Assembly: GCA_002269645.1 (NCBI GenBank)
Contig: NIVC01002360.1
Location: 1 to 64,000, forward strand
Direction of reading: 5' to 3'
DNA: 64,000 nucleotides
DNA from: Macrostomum lignano
Lineage: Eukaryota
Both the position numbers and the translations under genes were made by a program. Position 1 is the first letter of the stretch. Each line of letters starts with the position of its first letter. Below the pieces are notes generated by a model, which was given only the letters and a program-made list of their open reading frames with translations, did not search any database and had not been told where the DNA came from. Shown here piece after piece: positions 12,870 to 27,100 of this stretch.

Positions 12870-15017
12870 ACGAAAACCACTTGCCATAGACGTCTAAATT
12901 GAAATCGGCATATGTCGATATACATGTAGGAGGAGTACATGTATATGTAAATGTTGTCCGTAAATTAGTCATGAGTGCATGTGTAAATATTAGACATAAT
13001 CATGCATTCCTTATGCGCAAATAGCTGCATAATTTGTACTTGATTGAACCCTTGCATAATTACAGGTGTTGTTGTTTCTTTCATATCGTTTGCTTACGCC
13101 GGTAATCAAAAACAGAATTTCCCTGGTGTTTACTTGCGCATATGTGTCTTCGGTACCGATGTGAGCTACTCGTATTTTTCTTTCATGCAACGGGCCCGTG
13201 TTTCTTAGTCATATTTTTGTCCCAGAATCTGGCCTTGTTTCTTGTTTACAATTCTATTTGTTTAGCCGGCTTGCCCGGCTCGAATGCCGGCATAAAAACG
13301 CACGTTGATAACAACTGAAGCTCGAAGATCTATTTTTATACATTTCAAATCGTCGTATTCCTTGCTTTTGTGTTCATCTTTACCTCTATTTTTCGCTGCA
13401 TCAACTGCAGTAAATTTCCTGCTCCATCAACCTAGTGTATGTTTTGCTCACACAATTGCTCAAAACGAACCCTAAACTGAGCTAGAGAATGAGAACAGAG
13501 CCTCAAAGGTTTAGCCAGTCTGCATCTGTATTTATATCACTATATTGCGATAAATGAATTTACCAGATAAAATCAATTAATTAGTTCAATCTTATATCTA
13601 AAGCTGAGTGGACCGATCGATCGACCGGCGGGCGGGCGGGGTTTAAGGCGTATCTTTCTCATAAAATGAATGCGTATTGATTGTAGAAAATAGATAGCTT
13701 ACGAATATTCAGACAAGTTTAAATAAGCACAAACATTGCGAACCTTGCAGCGCAGCAGGCGTAAGCCACTGCAGCTAGCAGTTAAGTTTTATATTCAATT
13801 GGTTGCTGTATAGTCACCACCCAACTCGAACTGCTGTAACCATGGTGATGAAGAATGCATAGCTTGACTTACTGGATCATTGACTCAAAACTCGTTTTTG
13901 CAAGTGCTCAGAGCGAGATGCGATCGGTTTTCGTTTGGGGAAAATTGACGAGACAATTGACGAGTGAAGGCAGTGAATGTCGCAAGGAGTTTTGCTACAC
14001 AATGAGAATATTTTAATACGGCGAAGCAGTTTAGTTAGGCAATTTCTGAGGCGGATAAAATCAACAGCAGTCTGCGGGGCGCGCTGGTCCCAAGTCGGTC
14101 AGAGAGCGAGTGTTTATCACTGTTCTGCGGCCTGAGCAGGATCCGATAAAAAAAAAATCGACATCAATTTTTCGAGCAAAAAATCAATTTTTAGCTGCAT
14201 GTGTGCAGATATGCTACTGAGATGTGAGTAGCTTACAGGAAAACTATCGGTTTTGTGGAGGTAATAAAATACAGTTGAATCCTATAAAGGAAGCGGAGGA
14301 AAATATAAAACAGAGTTTCTTGCAGCCGGCCGAAGGAGCCAGCCAAATCTGGGTGATGCTCACCTGAAGAGATCAGAGACTGCAATTACCTATACCTGAC
14401 AATCTCTCTATGTTAAATAATGGAAAAAGCTAAGGCTGAACAACAAGCAGGAAATTTACAATTTGGATTTACAGACTGTGCTACTAGCAGTAGTAGTAGT
14501 GGAAACCACAATGAGTCTAGTTTCACTATGTGAATCCCGATGTTTCACTATTGTTTACATCCGAATTTTGCTCTCTGAGAAAACAGTTGTAACTCACCTG
14601 AGTCAGCCCTGACCCTCTGCCGCGGGGGTCTCGAAAGCAAGCAAAGACTGAGCTGTGCTCTTGTTTTCTTTCTTCTACCCCAAGACAAGCACTGCCAGCC
14701 CTTCCTCTGAGCACGTTTTCACCCGAGCTATGGGCCGAAGCGAACAACACATCTTCAGGGTCTTTACCAACTGCGCCCCCTCCCTCCCAGATTACTATTC
14801 GGCCGCGTCTGTAGCAGAAAAAACAGCAGAAATGCAAAACTACGGAGATAAAATTCGATGCTAATGGAGCGCATAGAAGAAACGATTGGAGGCGGAAATC
14901 ACTGATTGAGACGATTCAGTGGAAAAATCGTGATAGTTGTGTAGAAATGATTAGCACAATGCCAGTCAGACCAGACAGAAGACTATCAGTTGGGGGCACA
15001 GGTGGGCCATTAGTTGG

Positions 15018-16259
15018 TTACTGAGGAAATTTGTCGTAGTGAAATCTGTAGGTGTGCTGCCGGCCCGTCACCTTGGTGATGAGCTGCTTCTCGTAGTAGT
15101 ACCTGAGCGTGCGGGACATCTTCTCGTAGGTCATGCTGCTGCGGCAGCGGTGCCGGCCCCACGCCTCGGCCAGGGCGGCCGGGCGCTCGATGCGGAACAC
15201 ACCGTCCGCCCGGCTCTCCCAGACCAGAGCCGGACTGTCCGAGGCCTCGTGGAGCAGCTGGTAGAGAAACTCCCACAGCTGCAACTGCCGGCTCTTGGGC
15301 TCTGCGTGGGCAGAAGAAGGCGGAGGACTTGATCGTGGAGCTTGCGACTTAATAAGAACTGTACTATAACGCTTCATCAATGTGTTTTCAAGCACAAGCA
15401 GTGTCGCCCTCTTTCCATCCGTGTGCAGTGAATGTAAGCCTTTAGTTCACTGGATATGATTATGGATAGAAGGTGGGGGATCAGCCCGTGCATTCCTGCA
15501 CAGCTGTGTGCGGACTTTACAGACAGCGGGGATTTACAGCATTATTTATGGCTTTCCCTACGCTGCAGATTTGCGCTTACTTCGAATTTTTCCAATTCGA
15601 AACTTCGATTGAAAGCCGGCACGGCAGCGCCCTCTGGCGGTGTCGCTGAAGCCCTCATCGAGACCGCCGGCTGTCGGAGGCTTCTCGTCGCTTTGCCACA
15701 GCGATAGAGGAGGAGGCGGCGGCGGCGGTTGCGGCAGCGGCAGCGGCACCTGCTGAGGCGAATTCGACTCGCAGAAGCTGCTGCCTTCGCTGCATGGACT
15801 CCGGGTTGATGCTGAGTAGCCGGAGTCTGAGCGCCGGCGCATTGCCAGCAGAGCGGCTTCGGAGCAGGCGGCGAACTGCGACTTCTGCAGCTGCTGCGGC
15901 CGCAGCTGCTCCAGTGCCTGGTCATCGTCGAGGTCAACGGAAAGCAACTCGGGGAACTGCCGTGTCTGCGGCAGAGGCAGCGGCTGCTGCTGCGGTGGCT
16001 GCGGCGCCAGCTGGTACATCCCGATCAAGGTTGCGCTGTCGTACGTCAGCAGATCGTCAAAGGCGTGTCGCATGGCGTCAAAGTGGCTGCTGTCCAGCTC
16101 GGCGAGGTCGTCAGCCCGCCAGCCAGGCTGCGGTTCCGCTGGCTCGCTCAGCAGCTCCATGATGAACCGCTCGGCTTCGTCAGCTGCTGTCATTTTAAAC
16201 AAATCTTCTCCGAAGACACCGTTGAGCGAAGGCGCTAGCGAGCCTCTGTAGGCATCCAA
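15018..16259 (-). CDS. ETS-domain transcription factor (ELF/ESE-like), 2 exons
   Basis: ETS domain LQLWEFLYQLL...MTYEKMSRTLRYYY...VTGRQHTYRF in ORF 15018-15395. Upstream exon 16259-15581 (donor A|GTAAGC, phase 1). Phase-compatible acceptor at 15358, with an alternative about 18 nt downstream. Confidence 0.9.
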
Positions 16260-17559
16260 AGTGAGCAGCTTTGACGCTTGTCAACTCTAAGCTTTTTCTT
16301 CTTTAAAAAACGACTGCCAGAGTCTGTCTTTTGGCGGGTGAGCTTTTATGCTTGGCGTAAGGGACGCCCCCTCCAGCTGCGAGGGTGGCCCCAAAAGCCG
16401 CCCAGCCAATGAGAGGCGAGGCTAGACAGGCGCTTGCCGAGTGAGCAGCGCGGCACATGCAGGTAGGTTTCAAACTGCCGGGACCCCCCGGGTGTTTAAT
16501 GTGCCGGCTGAGGGGAAACTGCAGCAGTTAGATAACAAGACAAGCAGCAGGTATTGCGCTTTGAAAAAGTCGAAGAGATTGAGGCGCGGATTTTAGACAG
16601 GACCGCCCCCCCCCCGGGAGGCCAGTCTGCCCGCAGTTTGACACGGTGGGGCGGCGGGAGCCACAGGTGGATGGGTGGGCAGGTTGTATTTTCTGTTAGC
16701 CGGAAAATTGCCGACAAAGCATCGGGGCCAGCGGCGGCAACAAGTGCAAGGCTCTCCATAACCCCCATTGGGCGGGGAGCGAACCCACTCGCATCCCCGG
16801 CAGCAGTGAAGAAGCTGCAGGATGCGAGTGGGGCGGGCGAACCTCAAAGGAATTGGAAGCGGGCCGGACAAAGGGGCGACGCCGACAGAGTTGGGCTGCG
16901 AGAGGGAGGGAGATTTGCAGGGAGGGGAGGGAGGAAATTGAAAGAAAAATTCGGGGGTCCCCTGTTCCCAGACTGACCTTTAGTGGTCAGAGGTAGCATG
17001 CAGGTTCACCTGGCCAGACTGTTGTTGCTGTGGCACCGGCGGCTCCGCAAACTCAAAGAAGGATTAATACCACCCAGGCTGCCTTTGCCGACTGTTTTGC
17101 TGAAAAATTTTCAAAACCGGTGCTGGCTTTATCTCAGTGCAAGGCTTGCTTGACCGCAATGGATCCGGGAGGCTCAGACGCTGTTGAAGGATAAATCAGT
17201 TGGAGCCTCAGAGGCGGTGAAGGAAGGCGGTGGCCGCTTGGGTACAATGCGAGGTTGAGTCCTTAATCCAGGGCGGCTGGTATGGCGTGAGCAGCGGTGT
17301 ATGCGGCAGCAAGCAGGCAGCGGAAAGCCGTCAAGCTAAGGGCCATCTGCCCCCCCCCTCTAGTTTCTGTCACCTTCAGAGCAGACCCAGCTCTGAGACA
17401 GCGGCAGCATCCTGCATGGGGCTGCCCAGTTGAAGAGAGGGCAGCGGGGGTTCGGAAGGAAGGTCATAAATGCTGGATGTCCGCTTCTCTCTCTCCGAGG
17501 CCCACCCGAAGCAACTTCCTTCCCATTTCCCAAAATTCAGCACTTCTTTCCTGTTTAAG

Positions 17560-18340
17560 CTACTATATAGAAAAAAACACGGATGGGAAGGCAGTTTGGG
17601 GCAGTTTGATCACTTTGCCTTACTTTGGTGTTTGTTCTATAGAGTTTAAAAAGAAGTTAGAAAAGCTGCTTTGTAAAGACTTAAACACTCAAATCCGTGT
17701 TGTGTTTCGCACCGAAAAGATTGCTAAGTTTGTCTGCAAGTTGAAATCCAGTGTTCCACGTCCTCTCGCGGCTGGTGTCGTGTATAAATTTGTTTGCTCT
17801 GAGGACCAGAGCATCTCCTACATAGGAAAAACTAAACGACACTTATACACGAGGGTCAGAGAGCACTGGCTAAAAAACTCTGCTATTAACGAACACCTGC
17901 TAACCTGCAATTCTTGTTGTGAGGCTGAACCACACGAAATGATAAAGGCTATTGATTTTTGTAATAGAGATCACATGCTCTGCCTATTAGAAGCCCTGTA
18001 CATTAAGACCAAACAGCCCACGTTAAATAACCAACTTGCGATGGGTGGGGCTAGCCGTCAACTCAGAATTTTTTAGCTGATTTGTCAATGACCGGACTGG
18101 CTTGAAACTGATATGCACTTTACCCAACCAATACTGTATCAAAAATTGATTACTATGTACAAGTTTTAAACCATCAATTAAAAACTCAATTCAACTACTC
18201 TTGTTACTCTCAACTATCTATATATACTGAATATTCGTTCAAATTGTTTCTCAATAAAAAGACCCTGACGATGTCCTAATGCAAATGGACGAAATGCATC
18301 GGCAACTCAAATAATACTTCATGTTGATATTTACCTTTAT
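17560..18340 (+). mobile_element. 5'-truncated Penelope-like retroelement: GIY-YIG endonuclease plus pseudo-LTR remnant
   Basis: LPYFG...GVVYKFVC...SYIGKTKRHLYTRVREH...SAINEHL..C..C...LLEALYIKTKQPTLNNQ is the canonical PLE C-terminus. A hammerhead motif follows about 190 bp after the stop. Confidence 0.9.
18261..18304 (+). ncRNA. Minimal type I hammerhead ribozyme motif of the PLE pseudo-LTR (stem I degenerate)
   Basis: GACC-CTGACGA-T-GTCC-taatgcaaat-GGAC-GAAA-TGCA-TC-GGCA. Core CUGANGA and GAAA, 4-bp stem II, palindromic stem III (ATGCAT), predicted AUC cleavage after 18300. Confidence 0.7.
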
Positions 18341-18769
18341 TTATCTACTGCAGTTTGGGAAATTCTTATAGCTTTTTGACAGGGGAATCAAACCCGATTC
18401 ACAGGTTGGTGGTACGCTATAAATTGACTTGCAGAAATAAAAATTCTGATGCTCTGATAAGGAAGAGAAGAATGACATCTATTAGAAGTACACTGTGCTG
18501 CAGAAAATGGCGATTTGCTTATCAACCGATCGGCGGTCTTACAAAAGTTTCAATTAAAACAAATCCTCGTCAACATTTAAAAGAACGAAGTATTGCACAG
18601 CACGTGAATCTTAATATAGCTGTGGCCTTCCGATCTACTCTATGCGTGGAGCTCTGGCCAGGATCGAGCCCCCCCCCCCCCCAGCCGGCCTTGGCCTGGC
18701 TTCTGGCCACCCGCCTCCGGAGCCTTGCCATTTTACGGGACAAGCGGTGGTGGATAGAATAGAGAAGAG

Positions 18770-18935
18770 GAGAGGTTGATAGAGAGAGGGAGAAAAGAGG
18801 GGGGAGGGAGAGGGATAGAGGGAGAGGGAGATGGAGAGAGAAAGGGAAGACAGAGAAGGAGAGCTGAGGAGAGGGAGAGGAAGAGGGAGAGGGAGGGAGA
18901 GAGGGAGGGAGAGAGGGAGAGGGAAAGATGGGAAG
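18770..18935. repeat. GA-rich low-complexity tract
   Basis: Direct inspection. Confidence 0.85.
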
Positions 18936-19861
18936 ATACAAGTGCAAGGAAGTTGAAACAAAAAATAATATAATTAAAGAGCCGTAGGAGAACCAAGTGG
19001 AGTACAGAAGAGAATTCCCAAACCAGGACCCGTTCCTTAGAGCAGCGAACAGGCTGGCTCAATGCCCTGCCCATGTATACCGCTGTCCAAATCTGGTGAC
19101 TTGGATACAGTGGAAGAAGAAAAGAAAGAGATGGTAGAGACCCAGTTACAGACCAAATAAGTACTTATTTTTGAAAACTAGAAACACAAATTGACCTTGC
19201 CGCGATAGCGAACAGTTTTGGTCACGTGGAACCAATTGAGTGTGTGCTTTCTGTGCCAAGGATTCAACTGCGTATTTGTTATCACCGTTATCAACGGTAC
19301 AATTCAAGCGGCACCAGAACTGCGCATTTGAGAAATAGCAGGCGGATTCGGCTGCAAAGCTGCACAGATCGCGTGACATCGTGTACTTTATTTGAAATTC
19401 TCCAGCAGAGTAAGCTTTTACTGCACATACGCGCTGCTGCATTGCGCGACACCTTCGAGATAACGGCTAATTGAAGTTGCGCTAAATTTCAACTCTCCCC
19501 TTCGTTCACTGTAGGCACGCACCCTGTGATATCAACATGCGACAGATAACGATTTTTATTAACCCCAGCCCTCTAAGGTAAGGAGGGCCCACCTTCCCTT
19601 TCCGAGTGAATTCCCTCGCCAGATAACTCCGGTCTGAGAATTGGGCTTATCTATTTTACATAAATTTAATGATGCGCTAATATGGCAGTTGGGTAGCAGT
19701 CTGCAGCGGCTGCCCACAAGCTCTGTTGCAGCACCAGTGAGCTCACTGATACTCGCTGACTGACTGCTGCTTGCTGCAGTTCAAAAAGTTCTGCGCGGCC
19801 TCTGCATGTAGTGAAAAAAACTGTGATGCTTGGGGACAGGTGAAGGCCGTTGTCACGGGGC

Positions 19862-20795
19862 GGGTGGGGAAGTGAGGGGCGGATGGGATGAACGAGGGGC
19901 GGATGGGGAAGTGAGGGGCGGATGGGATGAACGAGGGGCGGATGGGGAAGTGAGGGGCGGATGGGATGAACGAGGGGCGGATGGGATGAACGAGGGGAGG
20001 ATGGGATGAACGAGGGGCGGATGGGATGAACGAAGGGTAAATGGGATGAACCAGGGGCGAATGGGATGAACGAGGGGAGGATGGGATGAACGAGGGGCGA
20101 ATGGGATGAACGAGGGGAGGATGGGATGAACGAGGGGCGAATGGGATGAACGAGGGGAGGATGGGATGAACGAGGGGCGAATGGGATGAACGAAGGGTAA
20201 ATGGGATGAACCAGGGGCGGATGGGATGAACTAGGGCGGTTGGGGCGGATGGGATGAACCAGGGGCGGATGGGATGAACGAGGGGTATATGGGATGAACG
20301 AGGGGAGGATGGGATGAACGAGGGGCGGATGGGATGAACCAGGGGCGGATGGGATGAACCAGGGGCGGATGGGATGAACGAGGGGTAGATGGGATGAACG
20401 AGGGGAGGATGGGATGAACGAGGGGCGAATGGGATTAACGAGGGGAGGATGGGATGAACGAGGGGCGAATGGGATGAACGAAGGGTAAATGGGATGAACC
20501 AGGGGCGGATGGGATGAACTAGGGCGATTGGGGCGGATGGGATGAACCAGGAGCGGATGGGATAAACGAGGGGTAGATGGAGATTAACAAGGGGCGGATG
20601 GGATGAACTAGGGGCGGATGGGATGAACGAGGGGTAGATGGAGACTAACAAGGGGCGGATGGGATGAACGAGGGGCGGATGGGATGAACGAAGTGTGGAT
20701 GGGATGAACGAGGGGCGGATGGGATGAACGAGGGGCGGATGGGATGAGCGAGGGGCGGATGGGATGAGCGAGGGCGGATGGGATGAACGAGGGGC
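19862..20795. repeat. 20-bp G-rich minisatellite (GGGATGAACGAGGGGCGGAT)
   Basis: Direct inspection. Confidence 0.95.
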
Positions 20796-22142
20796 GGAGG
20801 GTAAACAAAGGAGCGGTGATGAGCCAGGCTATCAGGGGGCGGTTGATGAGTAGCGAGAGAGTTTGCTTCAATTCCTGATCAAGGAGCGAGTTTTGAGCAT
20901 ACGAGCTATCAGATCAGGCGGCACTCCAGACCTGTCATGTCATGACAGAGCCTGTGGCCTGCGGGCGAGAGAAGCACAGAGAGCCAGATAGAGGGCAGCC
21001 GATAAAGGCTCCTAACAGACAGTCCGCTCTCATGCAGAGGCGATGCTCGAATGTGGCAGCGGGCCGCACTGCCCATCTATAGCAGTGTGCACTGCAGGCG
21101 TGGCGTCCGGCCACTTTTGCTCAATTTTCGCAGTTGTCTTCTGATTGGCAGGTCACTGATTTCCCGCATGGTTTTAGCATTTAGTACTCAAAGGTTTTCA
21201 CATATAGCCTGACCCGACACTGAACTACCGTACTCTTTTCACCTGGAAATTAAGAGCGCCGTTTCGAACTTCCAGATAAGTACAAGGTAGATAAACGCCT
21301 ACACTCTGGGGGAAAGTGCACAGGCATGTTTTCGCCTTTTTGCAGTCTTAAATTGGACACAAGATAAGCATTTGCAGTGGAAAAAATAAAAGGAAGTTTC
21401 AAAAACGCAGAAAAAATATAACAGTCGACTGAATAATAAAATAATAAAAAACTGATGAAGAATTGACTGAATGCCGAAAGTTCAAAAGCAGTTAGCGAGT
21501 GTTTGAGGTCATGACGATTGTCATGTAAAATGTGTTTCATAAGCTTGAATTGCAAGGATGAGTCATTCAGGTGCAGGTTGCCTTCTGCCTTGCTACTCGC
21601 GGGTGCGACCCCCCGCGGAGTCACTTAATGAAGCTTTTGAGTCGGAACTCCGTGTTTTTTGACAGGTGAAAAGGAGATGCAGAATTAATATAAGCTTTTT
21701 GGGTGGCCGCCCGGTCGCTCAATAGATTGAAATGAGCAGCGACTTCTTGCTGGCGGGCAAGTCAGAGAACTATAGAAGTATATAATAGACACAATAATGG
21801 ATTGTAACCTGCAGCAAATACATGCGTTTTTTGGCCTCAACACCATGTAATTGGTTACTCTGCGTGTGGTCTGAGGACCCCAAGACCTCCGAGCTCTGTC
21901 CCAGTCAGTTTGCCGGGTGCCTCCACGTGCTGCCCTCAGCCAGGGGGCCGCCACTGCACTTGAGAGGTTTACTCAGTACCGACTGTTTCTCTTCATTTCA
22001 CTGTCTGCTCTGCTCTACAAGTGGAGTTGCCTGCTTGCTTCCAGTGCTTTCTTATTTGGCTCAGACAGACTGAGAGCTTTCCAGATTTTTCTCAGCTATA
22101 ATTATTTTAACAGATGAAAAACTTTGTCCTCTTGTCAAGGCG

Positions 22143-23358
22143 TACAATGAGATCTACAGGCTAATGAGATCTGTGAGATCTATAGGCTAATGAGATATGT
22201 GAGATCTACAGGCTAATGAGATCTGTGAGATCTATAGGCTAATGAGATATGTGAGATCTACAGGCTAATGAGATATGTGAGATCTACAGGCTAATGAGAT
22301 CTGTGAGATCTACAGGCTAATGAGATCTGTGAGATCTACAGGCTAATGAGATCTACAGGCTAATGAGATCTGTGAGATATACAGGCTAATGAGATCTGTG
22401 AGATCTACAGGCTAATGAGATATGTGAGGTCTACAGGCTAATGAGATCTACAGGCTAATGAGATCTGTGAGATCTACAGGCTAATGAGATCTGTGAGATC
22501 TACAGGCTAATGAGATATGTGAGGTCTACAGGCTAATGAGATCTACAGGCTAATGAGATCTACAGGCTAATGAGATCTACAGGCTAATGAGATCTACAGG
22601 CTAATGAGATCTACAGGCTAATGAGATCTACAGGCTAATGAGATCTACAGGCTAATGAGATCTACAGGCTAATGAGATCTACAGGCTAATGAGATCTACA
22701 GGCTAATGAGATCTACAGGCTAATGAGATCTACAGGCTAATGAGATCTACAGGCTAATGAGATCTACAGGCTAATGAGATCTACAGGCTAATGAGATCTA
22801 CAGGCTAATGAGATCTACAGGCTAATGAGATCTACAGGCTAATGAGATCTACAGGCTAATGAGATCTACAGGCTAATGAGATCTACAGGCTAATGAGATC
22901 TACAGGCTAATGAGATCTACAGGCTAATGAGATCTACAGGCTAATGAGATCTACAGGCTAATGAGATCTACAGGCTAATGAGATCTACAGGCTAATGAGA
23001 TCTACAGGCTAATGAGATCTACAGGCTAATGAGATCTACAGGCTAATGAGATCTGTGAGATCTACTGGGTAATGAGATCTGTGAGATCTACAGGGTAATG
23101 AGATCTGTGAGATCTGCATGTATGAGATGTATGAGATCTGCATGTATGAGATCTATGAGATCTGCATGTATGAGATCTATGAGATCTGCATGTATGAGAT
23201 CTATGAGATCTGCATGTATGAGATCTATGAGATCTGCATGTATGAGATCTATGAGATCTGCATGTATGAGATCTATGAGATCTGCATGTATGAGATCTGT
23301 GAGATCTGCATGTATGAGATCTATGAGATCTGCATGCATGAGATCTGTGAGATCTATG
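22143..23358. repeat. Compound GAGATCT-core satellite (17-bp GAGATCTACAGGCTAAT, 27-bp and 24-bp derivatives)
   Basis: Direct inspection. Confidence 0.95.
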
Positions 23359-23883
23359 GCATGTATTCAATATGAGTTATAATATTTTTGATACGGTTAT
23401 ATGTAGTCTATTTATGATGTATGGGACTAAACAGACCATGAGACCGTGGAGGTAAGAGTTAGCTGTGGCCTTCCGATGGAGTTCCGTGGAGTTTTATAAT
23501 GCAGCTCAGCAACAGTTTTAATGAGTCCCGCAGAGGCAGGGTCGGACAAAGCATTGCTGAATGCCAAGGCCAGGTTCGGTTGAGGGGGCAATCAACAATG
23601 AAAGAGAATGGCGATGTGTCCAAGGCGGGGAGGGTGCACAATGAGCCCACAGCTGCACTCAATAGCAGAGCAGAGGTTAGCTGCCTTTCGGCTATCTACA
23701 GTACGAGCTAATTGTAGAGAGCTGCTTCGGTTGTGCTGGGCAGCTAGTGTCAGATAAAGCAGACAGGTGGGCTGGGTGACCTTCGCTCGGCATCGAATAA
23801 GAAAAAAAAGCTTCTGCTAGAGACAGACAAGAGACCCTTCTGCTTCAAAGTTCATACCATTCTTATTAACCCGCACATTAGAG

Positions 23884-24391
<508 letters not shown>

Positions 24392-24839
24392 TCAGTCCAC
24401 CGCAAAAGGCAGTTGTCAAAGGCAACAGTGGCCGGCAGTATATGCTGCTAACAAATTACCGTGGAAGTCCGCAGCCACTGAGCGGTTCGGGGTTTAGCAG
24501 AAGACAACAATCTGTATGTAACCCGACACTTTGTCGGCGAGGTCTTTGAGGAGCCGAAACGATTGGAATAATTTTGAATGGCTTTGCAGCTGCGGCAGGC
24601 GAAGTGTGTAATAAATAATAATTGGTTAATTGTCAATGTCGCGCCCATGCATACAGAGCAATGCAGACACGAGCGGCGCGAGTTCATGCTTTCTGTCTTG
24701 ATTGCTGGTTTGTTTGAAAAAACACTAGCAAGGAAAATGAAAATCATTTAGCACTTTTATTGTGAATTCTGCTTTCGTGGAATGCTAAAGGAGATTCGGA
24801 AAGCGAACCAAAAATGATTTGGGGACATCGATGGAATGT

Positions 24840-25165
24840 TATTATTAGTAGGGAGATGCAGGGAGGGGAGTAGGGAGAGATGTAGGGAGAGAAGTAGGGA
24901 TTGATTCACGGAGGAGAGTAGGGAAAAGCAGGGAGGAGAGTAAGGAGATGTAGGGAGGTTAGTAGGAAGAGATGTAGGGAGGACAGTAGGGAGATGCAGG
25001 GAGAGATGTGTTAGTAGGGAGATGCAGGGAGGGGAGTAGGGAGAGATGTAGGGAGAGGAGTAGGGATTGATTAAGGGAGGAGAGTAGGGAGAAGCAGGGA
25101 GTAGAGTAGGGAGATGTAGGGAGGAGAGTAGGGAGATGCAGGGATAGATGTAGGGAGGGGAGTAG
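24840..25165. repeat. Degenerate TAGGGAG/GA-rich repeat
   Basis: Direct inspection. Confidence 0.85.
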
Positions 25166-25579
25166 GGGATCGAGCGTTTCAGGTAGCGCAGGGCCGCCCA
25201 CGCAGAGAAGAATTCCAATCGAGTTTGCAATTTAGCCGCCTGATTAGCCAAGTGACGCTCCAAGGGCTTGTCGGCAGCCTGAAGTAAAAAAAGCAGAAAA
25301 AGCCGCAATCCGATATTCGATCCGACGTGTCCCGTGCGCCAGGTGTAATTCGCAATTTGAATGCGACAAGCGAGAGGCGTACAGAATAGAAACCCAGAAT
25401 AATAAAGGCTTAATTGGATTGCGGCGGGAGGTTTTTCTGCGAGCAACTTGCTCAACCGAAAATTATCGCTATGAAGAATGCACTTTGTACAAAAAATATA
25501 CGAGTGCGCACTTTCAATTTTATTGTGTCACGTTTCATTATTTCTGGGGTATTATCTTAAAATGTCAAAACACCATGCG

Positions 25580-27100
25580 GAGTGTTCCAAAACTGCTCGA
25601 AAGGTTCCAAAGCTACTCGGAAGGTTCCAAAGCTACTCGGAAGGTTCCAAAGCTACTCGGAAGGTTCCAAAGCTACTCGGAAGGTTCCAAAGCTACTCGG
25701 AAGGTTCCAAAGCTACTTAGAATGTTCCAAAACTCGTTCCAAAGCTACTTAGAATGTTCCAAAACTCGTTCCAAAGCTACTTAGAATGTTCCAAAGCTAC
25801 TTAGAATGTTCCAAAGCTACTTAGAACGTCCCAAAGCTACTTCGAAGGTTCCAAAGCTACTTCGAAGGTTCCAAAGCTACTTAGAACGTTCCAAAGCTAC
25901 TTAGAAGGTACCAAAGCTACTCGGAAGGTTCCAAAGCTATTCAGAATGTTCCAAAGCTACCTAGAAGGTTCCAAAGCTACCTAGAAGGTTCCAAAGCTAC
26001 TTCGAAGGTTCCAAAGCTACTTAGAACGTCCCAAAGCTACTTAAAAGGTTCCAAAACTACTTAGAACGTTCCAAAGCTACTTAGAAGGTCCCAAAGCTAC
26101 TCGGAAGGTTCCAAAGCTATTCAGAATGTTCCAAAGCTACTCAAAAGGTTCCAAAGCTACTTAGAAGGTTCCAAAGCTCGTTCCAAAGCTACTTAGAAGG
26201 TTTCAAAGCTACTTAGAAGGTTCCAAAGCTACTTAGAAGGTTCCAAAGCTACTTAGAAGGTTCCAAAGCTACTTAGAAGGTACCAAAGCTACTCGGAAGG
26301 TTCCAAAGCTATTCAGAATGTTCCAAAGCTACCTAGAAGGTTCCAAAGCTACTTCGAAGGTTCCAAAGCTACTTAGAACGTTCCAAAGCTACTTAGAAGG
26401 TCCCAAAGCTACTCGGAAGGTTCCAAAGCTATTCAAAATGTTCCAAAGCTACTCAAAAGGTTCCAAAGCTAGTTAGAAGGTTCCAAAGCTACTTCGAAGG
26501 TTCCAAAGCTACTTAGAACGTCCCAAAGCTACTTAAAAGGTTCCAAAGCTACTTAGAACGTTTCAAAGCTACTTAGAAGGTCCCAAAGCTACTCGGAAGG
26601 TTCCAAAGCTACTCGGACGGTTCCAAAGCTATTCAGAATGTTCCAAAGCTACTCAAAAGGTTCCAAAGCTACTTAGAAGGTTCCAAAGCTCGTTCCATAG
26701 CTAGTTAGAAGGTTTCAAAGCTACTTAGAAGGTTCCAAAGCTACTTAGAACGTCCCAAAGCTACTTAAAAGGTTCCAAAACTACTTAGAACGTTCCAAAG
26801 CTACTTAGAAGGTCCCAAAGCTACTCGGAAGGTTCCAAAGCTATTCAGAATGTTCCAAAGCTACTCAAAAGGTTCCAAAGCTACTTAGAAGGTTTCAAAG
26901 CTACTTAGAAGGTTTCAAAGCTACTTAGAAGGTTCCAAAGCTACTTAGAAGGTTCCAAAGCTATTCAGAAGGTTCCAAAGCTACTCGGAAGGTTCCAACG
27001 CTACTCGGAAGATTCCAAAGCTACTCAGAATGTTCCAAAGCTACTCGGAAGGGAATAAAACTACTTGGAAGGTTCTAAAGCTACTCGGAGGGTTCCAAAA
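25580..27100. repeat. 20-bp minisatellite (TTCCAAAGCTACTTAGAAGG), ~1.5 kb
   Basis: Direct inspection. Confidence 0.95.

Noticed and set aside
12900-14950. Small ORFs (14526-14837, 14655-14864) as a gene
   Set aside because: No recognisable motif, no coherent splice pattern and non-coding-like composition.
18990-19130. LINE 3'-end remnant (TRTRSLEQRTGWLNALP plus small hairpin)
   Set aside because: Only a vague match to the CR1/L2 C-terminal motif; too short to support a call.
25580-27100. Regular short repeats here and at 753-1226 or 48405-49400 as CRISPR arrays
   Set aside because: Units are head-to-tail with no unique spacers, there are no cas genes, and the context is eukaryotic and spliced.
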